Part shown: piece after piece, positions 53,484 through 61,220 of the stretch
Layout: each line of letters begins with the position of its first letter
Numbering within the stretch: position 1 is the stretch's first letter
Source: Paeniglutamicibacter sp.
GTDB taxonomy: Bacteria; Actinomycetota; Actinomycetes; Actinomycetales; Micrococcaceae
Assembly (NCBI RefSeq): GCF_046714615.1
Contig: NZ_JBKKAP010000055.1
Location: 3,342-67,341 of the forward strand
Direction: 5' to 3'
Length of the DNA stretch: 64,000 nucleotides
The notes under the pieces: model-generated
The model's database searches: none
What the model was told of the DNA's origin: nothing
The model's input: only the letters and a program-made list of their open reading frames with translations
Translations under genes and position numbers: made by a program

Positions 53484-54212
53484 ATGGCGGACGGGCTGGC
53501 GATAGTTGAGGATGAGGTACGCGAACTCATTCGCAGGCACGGGCTTGACCCCTCCACGCAGGTGGGCGAGGTCCGGCGCCTGGTTGACGAGGTGGTCCGC
53601 GACTACGACGAACGTTCCTTGCTCGGGTTCTTGCCGGCGCTGGGGGAACTGGGCATCGCCCGACGCAGGATCATGGACGCCGTCGCCGGACTCGGCGCGC
53701 TCCAACCCCTGCTCGACGACCCTGACGTCGAGGAGATCTGGATCAACGGGCCCAACGAGGTTTTTGCCGCCCGGGGCGGCACCTCCGAATTGACCTCGAT
53801 CAGGCTGCCCGAGGCCGAGATCCCGGCACTGGTCGAGCGCATGCTCAAGTCGTCCGGACGCCGCCTGGACCTTTCCCAACCCTTCGTCGACTGCCAGCTT
53901 CCGGATGGCTCACGCCTCCACGTGGTCATCCCCGACATCACCCGCAGGCACTGGGCCGTGAACATCCGCAAGTTCATCGCGCGGGCCAGCCGGCTGGAGC
54001 ACCTGGTGGAGCTCGGATCGATGACGCGGCAGGCCGCGCACTACCTGGATGTCGCCGTCGGCGCCGGGCTGAACGTGCTGGTTTCCGGGGCCACGCAGTC
54101 AGGGAAGACAACGATGCTCAACTGCCTGGCCTCCTCGATCGGCAGCCGCGAGCGCGTGGTCACCATCGAGGAGATCTTCGAACTGACGGTTAAGTCTAGA
54201 CTGCACACATGA
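53484..54212 (+). pseudogene. tadA: TadA/CpaF pilus ATPase, 5' part (interrupted after ...IEEIFEL)
   Basis: GLGALQPLLDDP.VEEI.ING, DGSRL, IRKF, SGATQSGKTT Walker A, RVVTIEE Asp box; the last residues come from the inserted element. Confidence 0.93.
54178..54206 (+). other. attL (core TCGAACT plus P' arm)
   Basis: gagatctTCGAACTgacggttaagtctagactgcac; the arm end is an imperfect inverted repeat of gtgtagttaag at attR. Confidence 0.88.
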
Positions 54213-55582
54213 GAACCGGCATTTACACGCGAATCAGCCTTGACCGCGAAGGCGACAGCCGGGCCGTGACGCGCCAGCGGGAGGACGCCCTGCAGCTCAT
54301 CGAGCGCCGCGGCTGGGAGCTCGTCGCCGAGTACAGGGACAACGATATATCGGCCGCAGGGAAGCGCCGCCGCCCCGGGTTTGAAACCATGCTTGCCGAC
54401 ATCCAGGCGGGGAACCTCCAGGCCATTGTTGCCTGGAACCTGGACCGCATTACCCGTAACAGGACCGACAACGTACGCCTCATCGAATCCTGCCAGGCGG
54501 CCGGTGTGACCATCGCGCTAGTGCGGGGCTCGGACCTCGACATGAGCACCCCGTCCGGCCGCATGACAACCGGCATCCTCGCCGAGGTGGCACGAAACGA
54601 AATCGAAGTGAAGTCGGACCGGCAGAAACGCGCCAACCAGCAACGTGCAGAGGACGGGAGGCCACACGCCGCCCGCCGCGCCTTCGGTTACGGTCGCAAC
54701 GGCATCGACCTGGTACCGGAGGAGGCCGCCCTGATCCGCGCCGCCTTCGAGCAAATCCTTGCCGGGGCATCCATTCGGTCGATTGTCCGTGACTGGAACG
54801 CGGCCGAGGCCTTCACCACGGCCGGAAACCTGTGGAGGCCCACCACGGTCCGCGGTGTGCTCAAGAACCCGCGCTACGCAGGCATCCGGTCCCACAACGG
54901 GGCGCGCATGACCAAACCGGCCATCTGGGAGCCTGTCGTTTCCGAGAACGTCTGGGCAGCCACCCAATCACTCCTCGCCGACCCACGCCGGTCAACCGTC
55001 ACCGATCGGTCGGTCAAGTTCCTACTGACGTCCATAGCCGAGTGCGGCCGCTGCGCTGACGGCTCCAAGGTTGCCACGGCAAGGACCCAACACGGCGTAC
55101 GGAACTACAAATGCGTCCACGGCGACCTCACCAGGGGAGCCACCGCGATTGACGCCCTGGTCGAGGGCCTGGTCATTGCCAGGCTGTCCCGACCGGACGC
55201 CGTACAGCTCCTGAAGCCATCCGCGCCGGACGTCGACATAGAGGCGCTGCGCGCGGAGGCCACGGCGCTGCGGGAACGGCTCGAGGACGCCGCCCGCATG
55301 TACGCGAAAAAGGAAATTCAGGCCGCCCAACTAGTCGCCATCACTCGGGTTCTGGAAGACGAAATCAGTGACCTGGAGACGCAGATCGCCGACGCGTCCC
55401 GCGGGTCCGTCCTGGCCGGTCTCATCGGCTCCCCGGATGTGGCGGGGGAGTGGACGGCCTTGGATATTTCCCGGCAGCGCGCCATCGTGCGGGAGCTATT
55501 CACATGCATCGTGATCGAGCCGGTGAAGCGCGGGGCCCGGACCTTCGAGCCGGGATCGGTGACCCCCACCTGGAGGATTTGA
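54209..55582 (+). CDS. Large serine recombinase (integrase)
   Basis: IYTRIS catalytic Ser, Y.DND.SA, RPGF..ML, LDRITR, recombinase domain (FGY, W....VR.VL.NPRYAG), zinc ribbon CGRC...YKC, coiled coil. Confidence 0.95.
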   Translation: MRTGIYTRISLDREGDSRAVTRQREDALQLIERRGWELVAEYRDNDISAAGKRRRPGFETMLADIQAGNLQAIVAWNLDRITRNRTDNVRLIESCQAAGVTIALVRGSDLDMSTPSGRMTTGILAEVARNEIEVKSDRQKRANQQRAEDGRPHAARRAFGYGRNGIDLVPEEAALIRAAFEQILAGASIRSIVRDWNAAEAFTTAGNLWRPTTVRGVLKNPRYAGIRSHNGARMTKPAIWEPVVSENVWAATQSLLADPRRSTVTDRSVKFLLTSIAECGRCADGSKVATARTQHGVRNYKCVHGDLTRGATAIDALVEGLVIARLSRPDAVQLLKPSAPDVDIEALRAEATALRERLEDAARMYAKKEIQAAQLVAITRVLEDEISDLETQIADASRGSVLAGLIGSPDVAGEWTALDISRQRAIVRELFTCIVIEPVKRGARTFEPGSVTPTWRI

Positions 55583-55598
55583 GCGGTTTAGCTCCAGG

Positions 55599-55626
55599 AA
55601 TGGCCTCAACGTGTTGGGGCCATTTT
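55599..55626 (+). terminator. Terminator after the integrase
   Basis: aatggcctcaac-gt-gttggggccatt-tt. Confidence 0.7.
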
Positions 55627-55627
55627 C

Positions 55628-55672
55628 TGTACCAAGTTATGTACCAAATTTGAGTTAATTCCGATTAACTCA
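55628..55672. promoter_or_regulatory. Operator-like repeats upstream of the RDF/rep operon
   Basis: Direct repeat TGTACCAA x2 (12-bp period) and perfect inverted repeat TGAGTTAAT-tccg-ATTAACTCA in an AT-rich stretch. Confidence 0.6.
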
Positions 55673-55883
55673 TTCACACACCCACCAACACCCACCAATA
55701 CGCGGCAACAACCACCAACACGCCCGGAAAAGTTCTGTTGATATGAGCATCTGACATGGGGATTCAACCCGTTGTAGATATGACTTCTGAGTGAAAAAAT
55801 GTTTGTAGTGAACCTCAAGGCAAGGCCAGCCTGACACAACGGGGGACACGAACCCCAACCCCGCCACGCCCAGGAGCACCGCC

Positions 55884-56162
55884 ATGCCCGCCACCAAGCC
55901 CGTCGTCCAAGCACGCAGCCAAATCGGCGTCGCCGTCCGCACCGGCAACAAGGCCCTCGAGACCGAAGCCCGCCAAAACCTCGCCACCGCCAACATCGAG
56001 GCCGCCGTCAGCAAGATCGAAGCCGCAGCCGAAGCCCGCCGGCAAAAAGCCGCCAAGAAACTTGAAGAGTATATTGCCCAGGTTGTCGCCGCGGCCCCGC
56101 CACTGACGGAGGCCCAAGCTGCCCGCGTAGCCGCTCTCCTCCACGGCGGCGCAGCCAAGTGA
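55884..56162 (+). CDS. Recombination directionality factor (phiRv1 Rv1584c-like)
   Basis: C-terminal YI...VAAAPPLTEAQAARVAALL matches my recollection of Rv1584c (AAAPPLTDEQRTRLAELL); lies between integrase and rep; RBS aggag. Confidence 0.75.
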   Translation: MPATKPVVQARSQIGVAVRTGNKALETEARQNLATANIEAAVSKIEAAAEARRQKAAKKLEEYIAQVVAAAPPLTEAQAARVAALLHGGAAK

Positions 56163-57697
56163 GCACACACGAAAGCGCTTCGCCCCCCAAGACAAGAGAC
56201 GAAGCGCCAAGAAATAACAACACCCCCAGTGTAAGCCCCGTCACCGACGCGATGCCAGAATGGGAAGAAATCCTCACCGGCGCAGGTTGGGCCCAGATCA
56301 ATCAGGGGATGTTCTCCAACATCTGGCGTCACCCCAGCGCCAGCATCGGCGTCAGCGCCACCGTCAAGAACGACCTACTCCAGGTCCCCGGCCCGGTGGG
56401 CCCCTTCACCGAACCCGGCGGCGTCTACACCCGCTTCCAGGCCATAGCCATCATCAATCACGGCGGCGACGAGCAGGCCGCCCGCCGCGCCCTCCGCGAG
56501 GCCGGATACCATCCGCCCTCCGAACCCCCAGGGCTCCGCCTCCGCCGCCTCACCGACATCGACGTCCCACCACCCACCCGATGGATCGGCCCCGGCTGGA
56601 TTCCCCGCCGGGAAATCACCGTCCTCGTCGGCGGGGAAGGCGACGGCAAATCCCTATTCTGGGTCCTCGTCGTCGCCGCCGTCACCACCGGGAGCCCCTA
56701 CAAGCACCTCAATATCCCGGCAAGGCAGCCCGCGGACGTGGTCATCATCATCACCGAAGACTCGACCGCCGAAGTCCAGGCCCGGCTCAAGGCAGCAGGC
56801 GCAGACCTCGCCCGAATCCACATCTACTGCACCGACGACGACGGCAGCGGCACCCCGACCTTCGGGGAAGGCCTGAACGGGGACATGCTCCTCCTCCATG
56901 CCTACCTCGAGACGGCCCCCGAACCACCCGCCATGATCGTCGTCGACGCCTGGCTCGACACCGTCGCGGGCGGCCTCAATATCCGCGACACTCAGCAAGC
57001 CCGTGCGGCCCTGCACCCCTGGAAACAACTCGCCGACGCCCACGACGCCGCCGTCATCCTCGTCACCCACACCAACCGCATGGACACCAGCAACACGCGC
57101 GACCTCATGGGCGGCACTGCAGCCCTCCGCCAGAAGGCCCGCATGGTCCTATTCACCGCGCGTGCCAACCACGACAGGGAGGAAGACGAGCAGCACATGT
57201 GGATAGGCCCGGACAAAGCGAACACCACCGGACTAAGCCACGCACTCAAGTTCACGGTGGCGGTGATGCAGGTGCGGCCCAGGACCGACGACGACCCCGG
57301 CACCGTGGCCCGCCTCCAAGAACCGATGCAGACCCTCGCTACCATCCGCACCCACCTCGAGCAATGGCGAGACGAACAACGCGAAGCAAACCAACCCTCA
57401 TCCCGTGCTGTCCTGGCGCAGCGGGCCATCCAGGAATACATGCAGGCAAGGAAGGCCGCCAGCGTGCCGGTCGCCGACCTCAAGGACCACCTCAAGGAGC
57501 TGGGATATAGCAAGAATGCCCGGGATACGGCCGTCAAGGCAGCGGGGGAATCCAGGCCACCAGCACCGGGGGAACCGTGGGTTTTCTCCCTCCACGGCGC
57601 GGAGCCCGCCAGTCTTCCCGCCAGTCTTCCCGGCTTGGACGTGTCACTGGGAAGTCAGGGAGACAGGGAAGACAGGGAAGACAGCAACACCTCGTAA
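56159..57697 (+). CDS. Replication helicase (RepA/AAA_25-like) with an N-terminal primase-C-terminal-like domain
   Basis: HGGD..AARRAL motif, TRW...WIP, GGEGDGKS Walker A, TED, IVVDAW Walker B, VTH.N, KAN; no prim-pol catalytic domain recognised. Confidence 0.8.
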   Translation: MSTHESASPPKTRDEAPRNNNTPSVSPVTDAMPEWEEILTGAGWAQINQGMFSNIWRHPSASIGVSATVKNDLLQVPGPVGPFTEPGGVYTRFQAIAIINHGGDEQAARRALREAGYHPPSEPPGLRLRRLTDIDVPPPTRWIGPGWIPRREITVLVGGEGDGKSLFWVLVVAAVTTGSPYKHLNIPARQPADVVIIITEDSTAEVQARLKAAGADLARIHIYCTDDDGSGTPTFGEGLNGDMLLLHAYLETAPEPPAMIVVDAWLDTVAGGLNIRDTQQARAALHPWKQLADAHDAAVILVTHTNRMDTSNTRDLMGGTAALRQKARMVLFTARANHDREEDEQHMWIGPDKANTTGLSHALKFTVAVMQVRPRTDDDPGTVARLQEPMQTLATIRTHLEQWRDEQREANQPSSRAVLAQRAIQEYMQARKAASVPVADLKDHLKELGYSKNARDTAVKAAGESRPPAPGEPWVFSLHGAEPASLPASLPGLDVSLGSQGDREDREDSNTS

Positions 57698-57816
57698 CCC
57701 CCTACGTATCGAGGATTCGCGGTAAATCAAGACATCAACCCAGACTTCCCAGACTTCCCAGTGTTCCCAGTCTCCTCGTGATACCTCCAGGACCGGGAAG
57801 ACAACCGGGAAGACGG
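57608..57816. repeat. Iteron array / putative replication origin
   Basis: About 12 copies of GGGAAGAC-like units in alternating blocks: 2 reverse, 4 forward, 4 reverse, 2 forward. Confidence 0.8.
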
Positions 57817-57843
57817 CAACCAACACCGACAAGGACCACAATC

Positions 57844-58329
57844 GTGTACACCCCCATTGCCTCCAACATTGACGGACTCACCCTGCCCAACGGCTCCAAC
57901 GTCCTCGCCCGGAAATTCCTGCCAGGACTCGTGATTCTCAGCATCGACGGAATGCAGGTTACCCGCGACATCCTGAACAGCATCCCCGCCTACCCGAGCG
58001 AGTACAACCCTTACCAAAGCCCCGACGAAAGCAACACAGTCGAAAACGACTGGTGGAAGCCGCTCGCGATTGTTCACACCGGCCGCGCCTACACCTACTA
58101 CCGGGAGCCAGGCACTGATGAGCGCGGAGACAAGGAATTCATCTTGTCCGACAACCCGGCACTTGGGGGCAAGCCCGTTCAGATACTGCCCCGTTTTGAG
58201 GTCCTCGGCTACGCCCACGAAGGTGGGCCTGGGGACGGTGCACTCGAAATCCGTGCCGAGCTGAACAGAGAGCTTCCCACCAACACCCTGCCCACCTTGT
58301 ACGCCTACGATCCCCGCAAAACTGCCTAA
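57844..58329 (+). CDS. Hypothetical protein (element)
   Basis: GTG start after aagga RBS; C-ending codon bias like neighbouring genes. Confidence 0.65.
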   Translation: MYTPIASNIDGLTLPNGSNVLARKFLPGLVILSIDGMQVTRDILNSIPAYPSEYNPYQSPDESNTVENDWWKPLAIVHTGRAYTYYREPGTDERGDKEFILSDNPALGGKPVQILPRFEVLGYAHEGGPGDGALEIRAELNRELPTNTLPTLYAYDPRKTA

Positions 58330-58340
58330 GGACCCCGACC

Positions 58341-58697
58341 ATGGACCCGAACCGCATCCCCGCCAACATCCACATCACCGACGGACCCCTCCCGACCATC
58401 GAGGTCAACGGCGTCGTCCTCACCATCGACATCGTAAAGCAGATCGACACCATCACCACCGAAGCCCTCGCCGACCTCCAGGCCCTCAACCCCATCTGTC
58501 GCACCCGCACTTCCAAGCACGGCGGAGCCACCGAGGCCCTCGCCCTCCACCCGGCCACCGGCAGGCTCATCCGCATCGAGATAGACGGCCACCACATCTA
58601 CCTCCACAACGGCACACCCACCGGAGCCGAGGCCACCGCATGGGCACACCAGCACCTCATCCTTGCCGTGCTGCCACACCCGCAGGCCGAGCAGTGA
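58341..58697 (+). CDS. Hypothetical protein (element)
   Basis: ATG after aagga RBS; operon-like spacing. Confidence 0.65.
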   Translation: MDPNRIPANIHITDGPLPTIEVNGVVLTIDIVKQIDTITTEALADLQALNPICRTRTSKHGGATEALALHPATGRLIRIEIDGHHIYLHNGTPTGAEATAWAHQHLILAVLPHPQAEQ

Positions 58698-58840
58698 AGC
58701 CCGAGCCCCCGGGCCCCCGCCCAGGGCAGGAACCGCCAGCCCCGGCACCGGCACCACCGGCCCGTTTCTTCGAGGAGCCCGGTGAGCTGGTCAAGCTGAT
58801 CGCGTTGCTTAGCCAACTTTTCGAGGAGCCATCGCCATGA
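58694..58840 (+). CDS. Small hypothetical protein
   Basis: GTG overlaps the upstream stop (GTGA); its own stop overlaps the whiB start (ATGA). Confidence 0.4.
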   Translation: MKPEPPGPRPGQEPPAPAPAPPARFFEEPGELVKLIALLSQLFEEPSP

Positions 58841-59130
58841 GCCGCACCGATGCCAGGCGGCCGGAGGACCCCGAGGTTGGCCTTCGGTCCTGGCTTGAAC
58901 TGCTGGCCAAGCTCGACGGTGCCGTTATTCCATGCCGCGGAGGAGCCGCCGAGTTCCACTCGGATGATCCACGCGAGCAGCGCACGGCGGCGCGAGCCTG
59001 CCAGCCCTGCCTGCTGCGGCAGGAGTGCCTCGCGTTCGCCCTCGCGAGCGGGCAGACCTCTGGTGTCTGGGGCGGCACCACGCCCCAGGATCGCCGGAGA
59101 GCACGCCGGGAAGGCAGGCGTACGGCATGA
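58837..59130 (+). CDS. WhiB family transcription factor (element-encoded)
   Basis: IPC...ARACQPC....ECL.FA......GVWGGTT four-Cys WhiB signature; RBS gaggag. Confidence 0.88.
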   Translation: MSRTDARRPEDPEVGLRSWLELLAKLDGAVIPCRGGAAEFHSDDPREQRTAARACQPCLLRQECLAFALASGQTSGVWGGTTPQDRRRARREGRRTA

Positions 59131-59380
59131 ACAACCCGCACCCGCCAGAGCCCGCCTCGCGGCCTGGAATCCCCGTCCGGCACCCACCGCCACCGACCTG
59201 CCACGAGCCCGCCAGCACCGCCCCCAGAGGCACACGGCAGGCCCCCACCCGGTAGGGGCGTTCACATCGCTGCGTTTCGGGCTGGGAAGGCGCGCAGCCG
59301 TGCAAAAGCTCGCGATGTCTCAAAATGCATACCCCTCTTGGGATTTGTTTCACAAGCCACCGAAACGAAGGAAAACGACC

Positions 59381-59644
59381 ATGAATGACCGCACTGACAT
59401 GCACCGCTGGGTCCTGGCCCTCCTCCAGGCCGCCAACACCGGGGACGTGGAGACCACCAACGAGGTCCTCGCCCTAGTTGAGAGGGAACCGGGCGGGAGG
59501 GACCGCCTCCTGGTCTGCCTTTCCGGCATGGTCCTGGTTGCCCACGGGCGCGACCCGCTCAGGGAGGACCTGTCCGGGTTCCTTGCCTGGTACGGGGCGC
59601 AGCTCGACGCCATCGACGCCGCCGGGACGGAGCCAGGGGATTGA
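59381..59644 (+). CDS. Hypothetical helical protein (element)
   Basis: ATG after gaagga RBS; 87 aa. Confidence 0.6.
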   Translation: MNDRTDMHRWVLALLQAANTGDVETTNEVLALVEREPGGRDRLLVCLSGMVLVAHGRDPLREDLSGFLAWYGAQLDAIDAAGTEPGD

Positions 59645-59741
59645 TCGACTGACTTATGGATTTGGCCCACATAGTCACGCGTGGTGGGCAAGGATTGGAG
59701 GTGAGCTTCCCCTCTCACGATTTGAAGGGGAGGTCCACGCC

Positions 59742-60980
59742 ATGGACCCGAAAGAACGCCTAGCCCAACTCGTAGCCGAGGCCGCCGAACTTCGCAAAAA
59801 GGCCGATGGCCCGAACTTCACCGAGGCGGACTCGAAGCGCACGACCGCGCTTGTCCGGGAACACACCGAGTTGATCGAGCTCGTCGCCCGTAAGGATGCC
59901 GCCGACAAGGCCCTGGGCCAGTTCGGTGCGCCGACGCAGGACAGCACGCAGGACTTCACCGGTGGGGAGGGCACCGGCCTGATCGGCCCGTCCGGGCGCA
60001 GGCTGAACAAGGCCGCGCAGGTGCCCAGCTCCGACTCGACCGTGTTCACGAACAACATCCTGGCCGCGATGAAGGCAGCCTCGGGTTCCATCGGCGGCCC
60101 CATCGTGCAGAAGGCCCTCATCCCCACCGGGGCGGTCGTTGCCCGCTTCGACCAGGTCATCGTCAACGACCCGAAGAACGCGTTCTCGCTCTACGGGGCG
60201 GTGCAGCACCTCGACGCCGAAGGCGCTAATTCATTTTCCTACCTCCGTCAGACGGCGCGGACGAACGCGGCGACGACCGTGGTGGACGGCGCGCTCAAGC
60301 CCATTTCCGTGTACGGGCTCACGCCGCAGACGGCCAGGCTTGCGACAATTGCCCATGTCAGCGAACCTATCCAAAAACAATGGCTACAGGATTACACAAA
60401 TCTTGAGCAATTCATTTCTCAGGAAATGGCTTATGGTGTTGACCTCAAAATTGCCGACGTTATTTTGAACGGGGGCGTCGACGAAACGGGCGCCAATTTC
60501 ACCGGGATCCTGAACACCAGTGGTATCGGCCAGACCGCCTACACCACCTCCAAACTCCGCACGATCCGCAAGGCCATCACGGACCTCCAGGTCACCGGAG
60601 CCGTCCCCACGTCGGTCGTCTTGAACGCTACGGACTGGGAGGAAATCGAGTCCTCGCTGACCGCCGAGGGCGCGTACATCATGGCCGGTTTGCCGCAGCA
60701 GGCCGCCACCCCGGTTCTGTACGGCCTCCCCGTCATACTTTCCCCGGGGCTCCCGGCAGGGCAGGCCATCGTGGGCGACCTGGCCAGCGTTGTCGTTCTC
60801 GACCGGGGGGACCTGATGTTCGCTTGGTCGGAGGGCGGATCGATCAACACGGGCACCGTTGCGGTGCCGGTGAACGTCGAACTTTTCCGGGCGAATCGCC
60901 AGGTGTTCCGGATGGAAATCCGCCTCGGTTTGCAGGTAATGAGCACGAAACTCCTTCGGGTTGCCGACCTGGTCCTCTAG
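59742..60980 (+). CDS. Phage major capsid protein (HK97 fold) with N-terminal delta/scaffold domain
   Basis: N-terminal coiled coil, A..V.DG..KP, TIAH, ILNG......FTGILN, VLNATDW, LYGLPV, AIVGD, FRAN..VFR.E.R; RBS ggagg. Confidence 0.88.
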   Translation: MDPKERLAQLVAEAAELRKKADGPNFTEADSKRTTALVREHTELIELVARKDAADKALGQFGAPTQDSTQDFTGGEGTGLIGPSGRRLNKAAQVPSSDSTVFTNNILAAMKAASGSIGGPIVQKALIPTGAVVARFDQVIVNDPKNAFSLYGAVQHLDAEGANSFSYLRQTARTNAATTVVDGALKPISVYGLTPQTARLATIAHVSEPIQKQWLQDYTNLEQFISQEMAYGVDLKIADVILNGGVDETGANFTGILNTSGIGQTAYTTSKLRTIRKAITDLQVTGAVPTSVVLNATDWEEIESSLTAEGAYIMAGLPQQAATPVLYGLPVILSPGLPAGQAIVGDLASVVVLDRGDLMFAWSEGGSINTGTVAVPVNVELFRANRQVFRMEIRLGLQVMSTKLLRVADLVL

Positions 60981-61220
60981 GCCGCGGCCTCGTGGCGTCA
61001 ACGCCTCCACCGGCGGGGGTCCCAGGGCCTGGGGGCCCGGCGGTCCATGACCCGCAGGGGGGAACGATGGCAGGGCGGACCCCGCAACGGGTCCTAACCG
61101 GTACTTTCTTCCGGTGAAGCCCTGCCAGCGCCACAGGCCGCACAGACCAGGGGCCGGGACCCGGGAAGCCTCCCGGCCCCTCGTTCGTCACCGAAACCAA
61201 CCCCCAAGAAAGGGCGCACC

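Noticed and set aside
54178-54195. att core TCGAAC as an actinobacterial LexA box
   Set aside because: The second half-site (GTTCGA at N4 spacing) is absent in attL, attR, attB and attP
57608-57816. Possible CRISPR array or simple coding repeat
   Set aside because: Units are 8-12 bp in both orientations and extend beyond the ORF, which fits iterons
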